DNA of 64,000 bases, taken from an uncultured virus (IMG/VR IMGVR_UViG_3300008117_000060). Taxonomy: Duplodnaviria; Heunggongvirae; Uroviricota; Caudoviricetes. The stretch lies in IMG/VR virus record IMGVR_UViG_3300008117_000060, one strand, 5' to 3'. Below are positions 37,448 through 47,842 of this stretch, piece after piece; within the stretch, counting starts at the first letter, position 1; the number at the start of each line of letters is the position of its first letter. The notes under the pieces are model-generated. The model searched no databases, was not told the origin of the DNA, and worked only from the letters and a program-made list of their open reading frames with translations. The position numbers were made by a program, and so were the translations under genes.

Positions 37448-39115
37448 TTATAGGTCAGACCAAGGACCAGAGGCAGAACTCAAGCCAACTCCAGTTCCAG
37501 TAGTTAGTTGAGTTACACGCATATTAAACTGCGTTCCAGTTACGGCCTCGGCGGTAATGTTGTCAACAAACCTCAAATATGGTCTAACTTTTGTTGCTCC
37601 AGTGATTGTAACAACACAATCAAATATGAAATTATTTAAATATCTTATATCTGAGACGCTTGATGTGTCAATTACTAAACTATCTACGTCAGTAGTTCCT
37701 GTTGCAAATACTGCTGAAACTGCATCAGTGCCAGTGATATTGAAACTTGATCCGTTTGCGTTACTACTATTTGTATAGTATCTTTTTTCAGCAAGACCAA
37801 AACGATGTGTAAAAGTAACTGCGCTACCAGTAATTCCAAGATTAATTGCACGATTAGTTGTGCCTTTAATTAATCTTGTATTATAGTAAATATGATAAGT
37901 GCCAGTATTTAAATAAATGCCTGTAGAACCAAGAAGCGTATTGACTGTACCGCTAGTACCGTTTCCAACAAAGAATGGTTGAGGAGCTACATAGGAATAA
38001 ACTGGATTTAATGCTGTTCTGTTTGCGGCACCAGAAATTTCATTGGTGAAATAAAACAGCCCATTAGAACCATATTCAATTGCTCCACCAGAGGGAGAAG
38101 TTGTTAGATTACGATTTAATACCAAGGCTGGAGCAGAGGCGTTTCCGCTCGCACTAATTCCGCTTGTTATTGTTGCGCGACCTGTAAAATTTGCACTTCC
38201 ACTAAATGAAGCGTCACCAATGACAGCAAAGTTTCCAGTGTTTCTTGTTTCGCCAATTAATAGTGTTGTGCCAGAATGGTTAAAATTACCAGTGTGTGTG
38301 ATGTTGCCTTGAATGACATGTTGCACGCCGCTAATATTGCAACTACCAGTAATATTGGTAACACCACTAACTCCAAAATCAGAAATAACATTAAACTTTG
38401 CAGCAGTGCCAGAAAAGGTCAATGCTGAACTCGCAGCATCAATTGAAACATTGCCTTTAAAAAAGGAATCTCCAGTTTGGTTAAAAGCTCCAGTGTGATT
38501 CCAAGCTCCAGTTGAAACAAGAGTTCCTGAATGCCCCAAAGCCCCAAAAAAGTTTGAATTGCCTGATTGAGAAAGCGAGCCAGAAAATGTTTTATTTCCA
38601 GTAGCGAGAATCGTTCCATTAAAAATGGAATTTCCAGAAACATTTAAATCTCCACTGAAAGTATTTGTTCCAGCAGAATTGATATTTCCACTAAAATTGG
38701 CAGCATTTAAATTCGTTGTGCCAGAAAGCGTAACATTATTACCTGTAGAATTATTTAGAGTTGAAGCTGGAATTGTGGCATTTAAAGTGCCTAAAATAGT
38801 TAAATTTTGGAAAACACCAGTAGAACCAGAAACTCCACTAAACCAGCCAGTTTTAAATCTATTGGATGCGCTACCCAAATCTACAGCAGCATTACCTGTA
38901 GGAGTGATAGCTTGAACACCGTTGAGTTGTGTTGAGCCGTTTAAAACAGCGCCACTAGAAAATACGGCCTGATCAACAAAAGTTTTAACTCCACTAATTG
39001 TTTGATTGCCAGTTGTGCGAGCCAATCCTGTGCCACCTAAGACAAGACCAGAATAAGCTGCTGTAACAGCTTGATCAATTTGTTGAGCGGAATTTTGAAG
39101 AACGTAAGTTGCCAT
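37448..39115 (-). CDS. Tail fibre/spike protein (beta-helix-like)
   Basis: TTGNQTISGVKTF, DLGSASNRF; S/T/G/N-rich repeats. Confidence 0.7.
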   Translation of the reverse strand: MATYVLQNSAQQIDQAVTAAYSGLVLGGTGLARTTGNQTISGVKTFVDQAVFSSGAVLNGSTQLNGVQAITPTGNAAVDLGSASNRFKTGWFSGVSGSTGVFQNLTILGTLNATIPASTLNNSTGNNVTLSGTTNLNAANFSGNINSAGTNTFSGDLNVSGNSIFNGTILATGNKTFSGSLSQSGNSNFFGALGHSGTLVSTGAWNHTGAFNQTGDSFFKGNVSIDAASSALTFSGTAAKFNVISDFGVSGVTNITGSCNISGVQHVIQGNITHTGNFNHSGTTLLIGETRNTGNFAVIGDASFSGSANFTGRATITSGISASGNASAPALVLNRNLTTSPSGGAIEYGSNGLFYFTNEISGAANRTALNPVYSYVAPQPFFVGNGTSGTVNTLLGSTGIYLNTGTYHIYYNTRLIKGTTNRAINLGITGSAVTFTHRFGLAEKRYYTNSSNANGSSFNITGTDAVSAVFATGTTDVDSLVIDTSSVSDIRYLNNFIFDCVVTITGATKVRPYLRFVDNITAEAVTGTQFNMRVTQLTTGTGVGLSSASGPWSDL

Positions 39116-39140
39116 ATTTTTCCTTTTACCTTTGGTATAA

Positions 39141-39344
39141 TTACACTAATCCGAGAGAATCGCCCTTACGAACATCATCCCAAGAGGCTTGGCCCTTGTT
39201 CTTGACGCGACGACGATATTGGGAATAGCATACAGCGGCTCTTTGTTTTTGATCTTTATAGTCTTTGTTCATCATATCGTCTGCCATGCAGCGACTAACA
39301 AATTCTTGTTCTTTCTCTTTCTTGGATGGGGTTGGTAAAGGCAT
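39141..39344 (-). CDS. Small phage protein (EFVSRCM...AAVCY)
   Basis: 67-aa ORF with GTGTAA motif 9 nt upstream. Confidence 0.7.
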   Translation of the reverse strand: MPLPTPSKKEKEQEFVSRCMADDMMNKDYKDQKQRAAVCYSQYRRRVKNKGQASWDDVRKGDSLGLV

Positions 39345-39348
39345 ATAA

Positions 39349-40398
39349 TTAAATTACACTTTCTACGAAAAATTCAGCTATGGGTTTTAGTTTTTTGTCA
39401 AAACTCGGTAGTTGATAAAAGGTATCATAGTTTTTACTAAATTTGATGGCGCAATTCAAAACCTTGTTCTTTTTGTAAGCTTTTAAAACATAAACTTCCT
39501 TTAAGTATTCTACCATGATTTTAAGCAAATTAAAGTATCCAGCAAAGTTTTTCATTTTTCTTAAATAACCTTCGTCAATTTTTTGCTTGGAAAACTCAAC
39601 ATATTTTTGAATCATTTGGTCTTCAAAGGCTTCTGAAAAGAAAAACTCATATCTAAGCGATAAAATATCCAAAAGAAGATCGCCTTTGTAGGCATTTTCC
39701 CAATTAATTGCGTGAACATAGTCACTCAAAATCAACATGGTTGATTGATTCAAATTGCCATGACAAAGCTGACCAGCAGATGAATCAATCAAAGATTTTT
39801 TGTTTTTAAGGATATTTTGAATATACAAAATCTCTTCCGAAAGAAGCTTTCTGAGTTTTGAATGGTTTTTGAGCCAATCAATTTCGGCATCTGGAACTTT
39901 AAAAATATCAAAGTTTAGATAGCCATCCAAGTAATCTGAAACTGATGGCAGTTCTTCAACTGCTTCAAACTCTGATAACTGTTTGAGAAAAAAGGGAACA
40001 GCATAGTCTTGTTCCACAATTGAAGCAATGCCAGCACTTGCAATGTTAGGCATTGGCAAAAATCCAGTAATAGAATACTCAACAGAGTTATCTATGCCAT
40101 AAGCGATTGGATATGCCGATACCTTTTTGCGAATGTTTTTTTGTAAAATATCAAATTCCTTCTTTAGATTTGATGAACCCGCATCCAAAGAAAGCTTTAT
40201 GCAAACTTCGCCAACGGCTGTTTTTACTAAAAAAATGTCATTATTAGTATTAGCGTCAATAAAATCTATTTTAATAACGCGACCAAGCTCCTTCTCATCG
40301 CAGAGTTTTTCTATTAAAACTTTTTCGTTCTCATATACTTCTTGTTGACGAGAAAAGACGTAAACTTTTTCTTGGAAAAGGTTTGTGACTCTTGGCAT
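39349..40398 (-). CDS. APH/choline-kinase-fold protein with degenerate catalytic motifs
   Basis: VCIK, KEF, LCHGNLNQST, INWE. Confidence 0.65.
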   Translation of the reverse strand: MPRVTNLFQEKVYVFSRQQEVYENEKVLIEKLCDEKELGRVIKIDFIDANTNNDIFLVKTAVGEVCIKLSLDAGSSNLKKEFDILQKNIRKKVSAYPIAYGIDNSVEYSITGFLPMPNIASAGIASIVEQDYAVPFFLKQLSEFEAVEELPSVSDYLDGYLNFDIFKVPDAEIDWLKNHSKLRKLLSEEILYIQNILKNKKSLIDSSAGQLCHGNLNQSTMLILSDYVHAINWENAYKGDLLLDILSLRYEFFFSEAFEDQMIQKYVEFSKQKIDEGYLRKMKNFAGYFNLLKIMVEYLKEVYVLKAYKKNKVLNCAIKFSKNYDTFYQLPSFDKKLKPIAEFFVESVI

Positions 40399-40407
40399 AT
40401 CTATAAT

Positions 40408-40439
40408 AAAAAGAAACCCGTCGAATTCGACGGGTTTCT
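40408..40439 (-). terminator. Probable terminator (perfect 28-bp palindrome)
   Basis: AGAAACCCGTCGAATTCGACGGGTTTCT (40412-40439) next to an A-run. Confidence 0.7.
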
Positions 40440-40457
40440 AAGATGGTGCTAATCGGA

Positions 40458-40673
40458 TTAGGCGATAACCTTCTTACCTTGACGGTAGCCAGCTAGACTG
40501 GTCTTGGCAAGAGTAAGGTTTTCGTCCCGATTGCGGTCATAAACACGAACATAGTTTGGTGTTTCTGATACAAAACGACCATTCACGGACTGACCTTGAG
40601 TGGTAGTTAGACCGAAAAAACGGCCACGGCTAGAACGCATTGCGCTGATAATTTTATTAATTCTTGTATTCAT
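40458..40673 (-). CDS. Small basic hypothetical protein
   Basis: MNTRINKII...; followed by terminator. Confidence 0.65.
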   Translation of the reverse strand: MNTRINKIISAMRSSRGRFFGLTTTQGQSVNGRFVSETPNYVRVYDRNRDENLTLAKTSLAGYRQGKKVIA

Positions 40674-40694
40674 TGCACAGTTTATACGCATTCT

Positions 40695-43076
40695 TTATTC
40701 AAACATTACCGTAGAGTCAATAAATTTAGCATGAATTTCTGATTTAGAATCCTTTAGCATAAACTTAGCCAAGGGAATTTCAAAATACTGGCGATAGACT
40801 TTTTGAATTGAGCGAGCATTGTTGCCATTTTCCTCGATTTTCTTTAACAAGAAATCTTTGGTTTCTTCTGAAATCTCAATAGTTTTATTATTTTGCTTGA
40901 GCATTTCATTTGTTTTCTCGATCATGCGGTCAAAGATTTTGCAGAATTCGTTTTTAGAGATTTTGTTAAATACAATTACATCATCTAGTCGAGCCAAGAA
41001 TTCTGGCCTAAAGAAGTTCTCAATTGATTTTTTATATTTCGAATCTTGACTGTCTTCTGCTGGAAGGAAACCCATTGATGGCTTGGCAACTTGTTCATGT
41101 CCTAGATTGCTGGTGAGAATGATGATAGAATTAGAGAAGTCTATTTTTCTACCCAAATTATCAGTCAAATAGCCATCATCCATGATTTGCAAGAACAAAT
41201 TATTGATGTCTCTATGGGCCTTTTCAATTTCATCAAAAAGAATCACACTATTAGGGCGATTGCGCACGAATTCAGTTAAAACGCCGCCTTCCTCGCATTT
41301 TATATAACCAATTGCCGAACCAATTAATTTATTGATTGAACTAGACTCTTGGTATTCACTCATGTCAAGCTTTAGCAAGGCTTTTTCATTGCCAAAGAAC
41401 TTTTCAGCCAAGAGTTTAGCTGTCCAAGTTTTGCCCACGCCAGTAGGCCCAACAAATAAAAACTTACCCATTGGTTTGTTTTTGGGCTTTAGTCCAGCCT
41501 TTGAGCAGATAAGAATATTGGCAATTTTCTCCAAACCTTCATCTTGACCATAAACATCGTTTTTCAAAATCTCTAAAATGTTTTCGTTTTGTAGATTATT
41601 CGCGAAAATAATTTTATTTTTACTGATACTTAGCTTTTCAGCAAAAACATCAATCAGATTCTCTGTTGAGATTGGTACAAACTTGCGTCCTTTTTCGGCC
41701 CATTCTACAAGCTTTAGCCCAAATTCTTCAATCATCTTCTCGCACTCGCCAGAATGCTTTGGGTCATTAATCTTTTCAAGGTTCTTTTTAATTTTAGTTT
41801 CAAGATTTTTAATCTTCTTTGGAATGACAAAATTGGATATTTTAACTTTAGAACCAAGTAAATCAATAATGTCAAAAGCCTTGTCGGGAAATTTGCGGTA
41901 TGGGATATACTTTTCGCACAAGAAGATTATATCTTCAATGATTTGTTCGGAGTAAGTGACTCCATGAAACTGCTCAAATTGAGCTTTAGAAGACATTAAT
42001 ATCTTTTTTGTTTGCTCGTTATTTGGCTCTTCGATTGTAATAGCTTCAAATCTGCGTTTTAAAGCACCATCCTTCTCAAACAGCTTCTTGTATTCAGCAT
42101 GGGTTGTAGCGCCAATACAAGTGATTTCTCCGCGAGCTAGGGCAGGTTTCAGCATGTTTGCCACATCAAGAGCGCCTTCGCCGTTTCCAGCGCCAATCAT
42201 GGTGTGAATCTCATCAATAAAAACAATATAGTTATTATTCTTTTTGAGTTCATCGAGCAAGCCTTGGAATCGCTGTTCAAATTGACCGCGATATTTTGTA
42301 CCTGCAATCATGGATGCCATGTTCAAAGACACAACAATTTTATTTTTAAGCAATGCGGTTGTTTCGTCCACCATGATTTTATAAGCTAGTCCTTCAACAA
42401 TAGCTGTTTTGCCAACGCCAGGATCTCCAATCAAAATAATGTTGTTCTTTGTTTTACGAAGAATAGTTTCAGCAAGAGTGGCGATTTCAGTTTCTCTCCC
42501 ATATACATTGTTCAACTTATTCTGCAAAGCAAGTTCAGTTAGGTTGGTGCAATACTTTTTAATGTAGGTTTGCTTTTCCACATTCTCTTCTTCAATCTCT
42601 GGAACTTTTTCTGGTTTCTTTTTAACAGAATTTGGGTCCAAATGGCTAATAAGAAGTTCAGCAAAGTCATCTATGGGAAACTTGCTATGCTCTAGAAATC
42701 CCCTCACAGTTGGGGATGTCATAATTAAAGCATATAAAACATGCTCAACGCCAACATATTCTTGATTTAATTGGGCGCTTGTCTCGTTCGCAAATTTAAG
42801 AATTTCCTCAATTTCGTTGTGCCAAGCCTTTTGATTAGTTTTCTTTTTAAAAAAAGCTGGATGATTCTCTTCAACAAACGGAATAATTTTATCAGCCAAA
42901 TTGTACTGATTTACCATGAATGGTCTGAAAACCGTGCGAAACAATGGATAATCAAGCTCAACAATCGTTTTAAACACATGGGCGCAGTTAATTCTTTCAT
43001 GCCCCAAAGACCTTGCTAGTTCCTGAGCTTGTTCCAGAGCTTTTTTGACTCGCGGAGTCAAGTTGAAGTTTTTCAT
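40695..43076 (-). CDS. ClpA/ClpC-family AAA+ chaperone
   Basis: Clp N domain, GDPGVGKT/IDEIH, GPTGVGKT/FDEIEKAH, MGF loop; start placed 10 nt after GTGTAA. Confidence 0.9.
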   Translation of the reverse strand: MKNFNLTPRVKKALEQAQELARSLGHERINCAHVFKTIVELDYPLFRTVFRPFMVNQYNLADKIIPFVEENHPAFFKKKTNQKAWHNEIEEILKFANETSAQLNQEYVGVEHVLYALIMTSPTVRGFLEHSKFPIDDFAELLISHLDPNSVKKKPEKVPEIEEENVEKQTYIKKYCTNLTELALQNKLNNVYGRETEIATLAETILRKTKNNIILIGDPGVGKTAIVEGLAYKIMVDETTALLKNKIVVSLNMASMIAGTKYRGQFEQRFQGLLDELKKNNNYIVFIDEIHTMIGAGNGEGALDVANMLKPALARGEITCIGATTHAEYKKLFEKDGALKRRFEAITIEEPNNEQTKKILMSSKAQFEQFHGVTYSEQIIEDIIFLCEKYIPYRKFPDKAFDIIDLLGSKVKISNFVIPKKIKNLETKIKKNLEKINDPKHSGECEKMIEEFGLKLVEWAEKGRKFVPISTENLIDVFAEKLSISKNKIIFANNLQNENILEILKNDVYGQDEGLEKIANILICSKAGLKPKNKPMGKFLFVGPTGVGKTWTAKLLAEKFFGNEKALLKLDMSEYQESSSINKLIGSAIGYIKCEEGGVLTEFVRNRPNSVILFDEIEKAHRDINNLFLQIMDDGYLTDNLGRKIDFSNSIIILTSNLGHEQVAKPSMGFLPAEDSQDSKYKKSIENFFRPEFLARLDDVIVFNKISKNEFCKIFDRMIEKTNEMLKQNNKTIEISEETKDFLLKKIEENGNNARSIQKVYRQYFEIPLAKFMLKDSKSEIHAKFIDSTVMFE

Positions 43077-43091
43077 CCTCATGTTTTTACA

Positions 43092-45647
43092 CTATTTGAT
43101 TTCTGATAGTTTCATATAAATTTTCTCGTCCAAAATGGCAAGTTTATCTACGAATAAAATGTCTTCGCCCTTCTTGCCAGTAACAATTATGATGTTTTCT
43201 TCTTTGGGTAATTTATTGCCATTTTCGAGATATTCGGTGAGCCGCGCTTTTTGATTAGTATCGAGCAGCATTGCTTTGATTTTGCCGCTTTCGTCAGCGA
43301 TTTCGAGTTTTGCGTATTTGTTTCCATTTGCACTTTTTTTGCGATAGCAGTCTTTGACAACGCCAACCATACGCACATTCTCGTTCATGTCAAGCGAGTT
43401 GAATGTCATGCAGTTAACATATCTCTCTGAACTTTGCTCTGAAAAAATATTTTTAATAATTTGTGAATAAGAATATCCAAGCAGTTTGGTTTCAAAATAC
43501 CAGTTTGCGAATTTGGGATATTTTGAGTTCTTATCGTAGATTTCTCGATACCCTGCATATTTTTGTTTGAATGTTTGGAATCTCTTGTCACTCATGATGA
43601 CTTTGTTATCGTCACCAACTTGTTTGTTTTTAACGCAATCGTGAACGGTTTTTAGAATATCGTAGTTGTATTTTTCGCCCAAAGAGCAGAAAAGTCGCTT
43701 TTCCCTATCTGTGAGAATATTGAACGATTGAGCTTCAAGAACCATGCGGCAACGATCTTCTGAAAAGCTATTTAAGGCTCCAGCTTGAATAAGGGCGGAA
43801 AGAGCACCAATATTCAATCCCACTTGCTTTGCCACTGTAAAAACATCATATTTGTTCTTGAGTTCAGCATTGCAAAACTCCATCAAAGCTGACATGGTAT
43901 TGTCAGAAATGCCCTTGATACTGTTCAGCCCGTATCGAATATCTTTTTTCTCAATAGTGAAATCAGCCTTGGATTTTGTAAGGTCTGGAGCTAGAAGCTT
44001 CATATCAAAATATGGAAGCTCTTGAGTGATCTTGTTGATTTCTGCATAGGAGTCTGGCTCAAACTGAGTCATTTTCAGCAAGCTCAAAAAGAAATTTTGA
44101 GGATGTTTGAATTTGAGATATAGTGTCCAAGCAGCAAGAATAGCATAAGAGATGGAGTGAGATTTATTAAACGAATAGTTTGCCGAGTCTTCTGCGACCT
44201 TCCATAACACTTCTCCAATAACAGGGTCGAGATTGTTTTGCTGAATTTTCTCCTTGATCTTGTCTTGCCAAGAAGACATTTGATCAACCTTCTTCTTACC
44301 CACGATTCTTCTAAGCTGTTCAGATTCATCCAAGGTGAAACCAACCTTTACAGCCATTCGCATCAACTGTTCTTGATACAATGGAATACCGCCAGTGTAT
44401 TGCAGAATATCATCAAAGAAAGGATGAACGCTTTGGAAGTCGCCAGTATTAACATATTGCGCATATCGGTCTAAGAAGTCCAAGGCTCCAGGGCGTGCAA
44501 TAGCCACCACAGCAGAAAGCTCTTCAAGGCTCTTTGGTCGAACCTTTTGTGCAACTTTAAAGTTTGTATCAGCTTCGATTTGAAAGAGTCCCTGCGGAGT
44601 TTGCAGGTTTTGAAGATGATCATAGATTTCCCTGCTTTGCAAATCCAAGGTTGTAATGTCAAAACCAATCTGCTTACAAACATCATGAATCACTGAAAGT
44701 GTTCGCAAGCCAAGAATATCAAACTTCACACACAAACTTGCAACATCATTCATGTCATAACCAGAAACCAAGTCGCCATCGCCAGTTGTTTGCAGTGGCA
44801 TAATCTCTTCCAAGTTGTAATGGCTGATTGCAATGCCAGATGGGTGAACTCCTGTATTCTTAATCAAGCCTTCCAGCTTCAAAGCAATTTCAAAGATTTT
44901 TTTATTATCAGATGCCCACTCTTTGAACTTATCACTTTCTTCACAAGCGTTCTTGAGAGAAGCTACTTTGCCAAACTTCTTTGGAATCAAGTCGCTGATT
45001 TCATTAACTGCTGATTCTGGCAGTTCTCCAACAAGCTTTCCACATTCTTTCACGCAAAGCTTGCTGCTCAAAGTATTGAGCGTAAGAATTTTACATGTTT
45101 TGCCAGAGTATTTCTCTTCAATAAATTTGATCACTTCTTGGCGGCGTTCATAAGCAATGTCATTGTCAACGTCTGCCAAGAGAGAACCGTCCAAATAAGT
45201 TTCTCCGTTAACCACAATCTTCTTGGCGCGGCTCTTGGAAACAAATCGCTCAAAATACAACTCATACTGAATCGGGTCAACCTTCGTGACTCCAATCAAA
45301 TATAACACTAGAGAACCTGCTGCTGAACCACGGCCAGGACCAGTTGGAATTCCATTCTCATGACAAAATTTCAAGATGTCCCAATTCAACAAAACATAGT
45401 CAATAAACCCAAGCTCTTCAAACAAACTCAGTTCTGTTTTGACGCGCTCATAATACACTTGTGAGTTGTCTTTTTTGTCAATACCTTTTTCCAAGACTCC
45501 TTTATGACAAAGCTTGCGAAGAAATTGATAATTTGATGATGTGTTTGGAATACCCAAAGCATCATAATACTTTTGCTCGATAATGATTTGAGGAAGCTTA
45601 ACTCCAGGGAGTGTTGGTTGCTCGTATTTTTGAAAGTTTTCGATCAT
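43092..45647 (-). CDS. dnaE: DNA polymerase III alpha catalytic core (no PHP domain)
   Basis: GPGRGSAAGS, DVDND, HPSG, KFDILGL, YSFNKSH, C-terminal OB fold. Confidence 0.92.
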   Translation of the reverse strand: MIENFQKYEQPTLPGVKLPQIIIEQKYYDALGIPNTSSNYQFLRKLCHKGVLEKGIDKKDNSQVYYERVKTELSLFEELGFIDYVLLNWDILKFCHENGIPTGPGRGSAAGSLVLYLIGVTKVDPIQYELYFERFVSKSRAKKIVVNGETYLDGSLLADVDNDIAYERRQEVIKFIEEKYSGKTCKILTLNTLSSKLCVKECGKLVGELPESAVNEISDLIPKKFGKVASLKNACEESDKFKEWASDNKKIFEIALKLEGLIKNTGVHPSGIAISHYNLEEIMPLQTTGDGDLVSGYDMNDVASLCVKFDILGLRTLSVIHDVCKQIGFDITTLDLQSREIYDHLQNLQTPQGLFQIEADTNFKVAQKVRPKSLEELSAVVAIARPGALDFLDRYAQYVNTGDFQSVHPFFDDILQYTGGIPLYQEQLMRMAVKVGFTLDESEQLRRIVGKKKVDQMSSWQDKIKEKIQQNNLDPVIGEVLWKVAEDSANYSFNKSHSISYAILAAWTLYLKFKHPQNFFLSLLKMTQFEPDSYAEINKITQELPYFDMKLLAPDLTKSKADFTIEKKDIRYGLNSIKGISDNTMSALMEFCNAELKNKYDVFTVAKQVGLNIGALSALIQAGALNSFSEDRCRMVLEAQSFNILTDREKRLFCSLGEKYNYDILKTVHDCVKNKQVGDDNKVIMSDKRFQTFKQKYAGYREIYDKNSKYPKFANWYFETKLLGYSYSQIIKNIFSEQSSERYVNCMTFNSLDMNENVRMVGVVKDCYRKKSANGNKYAKLEIADESGKIKAMLLDTNQKARLTEYLENGNKLPKEENIIIVTGKKGEDILFVDKLAILDEKIYMKLSEIK

Positions 45648-45676
45648 TTTAGGTTTAAAAGTGTAAATACAATGCT

Positions 45677-46462
45677 ATGTATGATATAAATGAAAAAATG
45701 GCTTATTTCTTTGGTTTCTTTTGGGGTGATGGAGGCATGAAATCTAATAATAAACCTACGATTCCAAAAATATGCATTGTAAAGGAAGATGCAGAAAATT
45801 TATACGAGACGTTTAAAGAGTGCTTTGAATTTTCTTATTCAGAATACGCCCAGCCTAATAGAAAACTTCGTTCAATTTTTTATTTTAAAAATAAGGGTTT
45901 AAAAACGTTTCTTTTAGAAATGGATGGTTTGAATAAATCTTATCTAGCTCCAACAAAAATTTTAAAAGCCATACCCATTCATTTGCATAAATATTTTTGG
46001 CGCGGATACGTTGATGCTGATGGTTGTTTTTATAAGAATAAGGATAAAAAGGGCGGCAAGTTTTCTTTTTCATCATCTATAAACCAAGATTGGTGTGAAG
46101 TCAAAAACTTATTTATTTCTTTGGAAATTGACAATTTTTCAATTTTTAAAAAGCAAACAGATAATGGCAATAGTTCCACTTTCGAAGTAAAATATGGCCC
46201 TGATATTAAAAAATTTGGCAATTTTATTTATGGAAATGAATTTGATGGAATAGGTTTGAAAAGAAAATTTGATAAGTTTATAGAAATTTCTAACTCTTTA
46301 GAAAAACTAACTTCAAATAAAAAGGGTATTTCTTTCCATAAAGGAATTAAAAAATGGAGAGCTTATGTAAAGCGTCAATTTTTAGGATGGTGGAATACAG
46401 AAGAAGAGGCTTATTCAGCTAGAATTAAATTTCTATCTCAAAAATCTGCTTCTGAAAAATAG
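45677..46462 (+). mobile_element. Free-standing double-motif LAGLIDADG homing endonuclease with AP2-like tail
   Basis: YFFGFFWGDG, FWRGYVDADG; KGISFH..KKWRAY..LGWWNTEEEA. Confidence 0.8.
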
Positions 46463-47072
46463 CGAATGTCATCTCAATGTCCACTAATGCGTTATGAAGC
46501 TTGCTTGGATCATGGTCAATGTTGTAATGCTTGAGCAAGTGAGCTTGACTTGTTTTGATTCCTTTTTCACGATGGTTTAGCCAACGATACTGCCAGCAAA
46601 TCAAGTCATCAGGGTCAACAGACTTGCACTCTTTAGCGATTGCCATTGCCATTGCTTTTGTATCAAGCACGCGATTCACATAATTGAAGTTGGAATCTAA
46701 ACCCATTGCTCTCTGCCATGAATTGAGCATATAAACATCAAAGCCAAGAATATTTTGGCCAATGATTTTTGTTTTACTATCTTCAAGATGATTATCTAAA
46801 AGTGGACAGAACTCATCCCAAACTTCTCTAGGGCTTTTGGCGAGAGAACGATATTTGCCATAGTCAAATCCAGTAATCTTAGCGGCACCTTCGCTCATTT
46901 TCAAATCTGGCCAATAAATGTATCTCTCTTGACGAGAAACGATTTTTTTGCCAACAGCTTCAATCCACGCAATCTGCCAAGGTCTTGAATGTAAAAGATT
47001 CAATCCTTCCGTCTCAGTATCCAAGACGATATATTTTTGATTGAAATTAAATCTCAGTAAATTATCTTTCAT
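46425..47072 (-). CDS. DnaQ-like DEDDh 3'-5' exonuclease
   Basis: LDTETEG, GQNILGFD, LDT, HNALVD. Confidence 0.85.
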   Translation of the reverse strand: MKDNLLRFNFNQKYIVLDTETEGLNLLHSRPWQIAWIEAVGKKIVSRQERYIYWPDLKMSEGAAKITGFDYGKYRSLAKSPREVWDEFCPLLDNHLEDSKTKIIGQNILGFDVYMLNSWQRAMGLDSNFNYVNRVLDTKAMAMAIAKECKSVDPDDLICWQYRWLNHREKGIKTSQAHLLKHYNIDHDPSKLHNALVDIEMTFAIFQKQIFEIEI

Positions 47073-47808
47073 TTTTAAAAGCCTCCCAAGAGAATGAATC
47101 GCTGCCACAGTGTTCTAAGTTTGGGCTAGAGAGCGATTGCTCTTTGCCAAAAGAACGATTGCATAAACACTTGTATGTTTGCCAAGCTTCAAAGTCTTTA
47201 CGATTTTTGTAATAGATGGATTTTGTTTGCTGAATTTCTTCACCCTGCGCCGAAGCCCATTTTTCCACCTTGAGTTTTAAGATGTGATCAAAAGGCAAAC
47301 TATTGTTTTCGACAAAGTAGGTTGCTTTTGTAAAGTTAAAGTTTGGCAAGCACTGTTTACCTCTAAAATTATTATTATAGATGAAAGAGTCGTAAAATGG
47401 AATGCACAGCATCAAATCGTTCGACCAATTGTTTTGTAAAAATACAGAGTCAACGAAGCCACCATTCTTGTTTGCTAGAGAAAAAATACGAATAAGGTTT
47501 TTGACACCATTATCATTTTTAGCGAATAAGACGATCTTGTGCTCGGATGATTTTTTGTCCTCTTCTGAGACTGAATTACAACATGAAATTCTCAAACCAA
47601 AGATTAGTTGAATATCGTGCTCTTTACATTTCTGATAAGCGTCCAAAAAACCAATCATTGAATCCTCAACCAAGAAGACTGATTTTAGTTTATTTTCTTG
47701 AGCAATCGAAATGATGCTGTCAGAACCGCCTTCTTTGGTTTCTTTTGGATGATCTAGTGTGAGTATTGATTTGCCAATACTATATGTGCTCTTGAAGAGA
47801 GGAATCAT
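47062..47808 (-). CDS. Stand-alone PHP domain of DnaE
   Basis: KSTYS, IFGLR, IVLFAKNDNGVKNLIRIFS. Confidence 0.8.
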   Translation of the reverse strand: MIPLFKSTYSIGKSILTLDHPKETKEGGSDSIISIAQENKLKSVFLVEDSMIGFLDAYQKCKEHDIQLIFGLRISCCNSVSEEDKKSSEHKIVLFAKNDNGVKNLIRIFSLANKNGGFVDSVFLQNNWSNDLMLCIPFYDSFIYNNNFRGKQCLPNFNFTKATYFVENNSLPFDHILKLKVEKWASAQGEEIQQTKSIYYKNRKDFEAWQTYKCLCNRSFGKEQSLSSPNLEHCGSDSFSWEAFKNER

Positions 47809-47813
47809 GCTTT

Positions 47814-47842
47814 AATCTAGCATGATACGTTCTACCTGTCAA
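47814..47842 (-). promoter_or_regulatory. sigma70 leaderless promoter for the polymerase cluster
   Basis: TTGACA-N17-TAGATT-N5-ATG. Confidence 0.65.

Noticed and set aside
45648..46462. Group I intron or intein carrying the LAGLIDADG gene
   Set aside because: The gene is antisense and intergenic; flanking genes have their own start and stop; no splice-junction residues seen.
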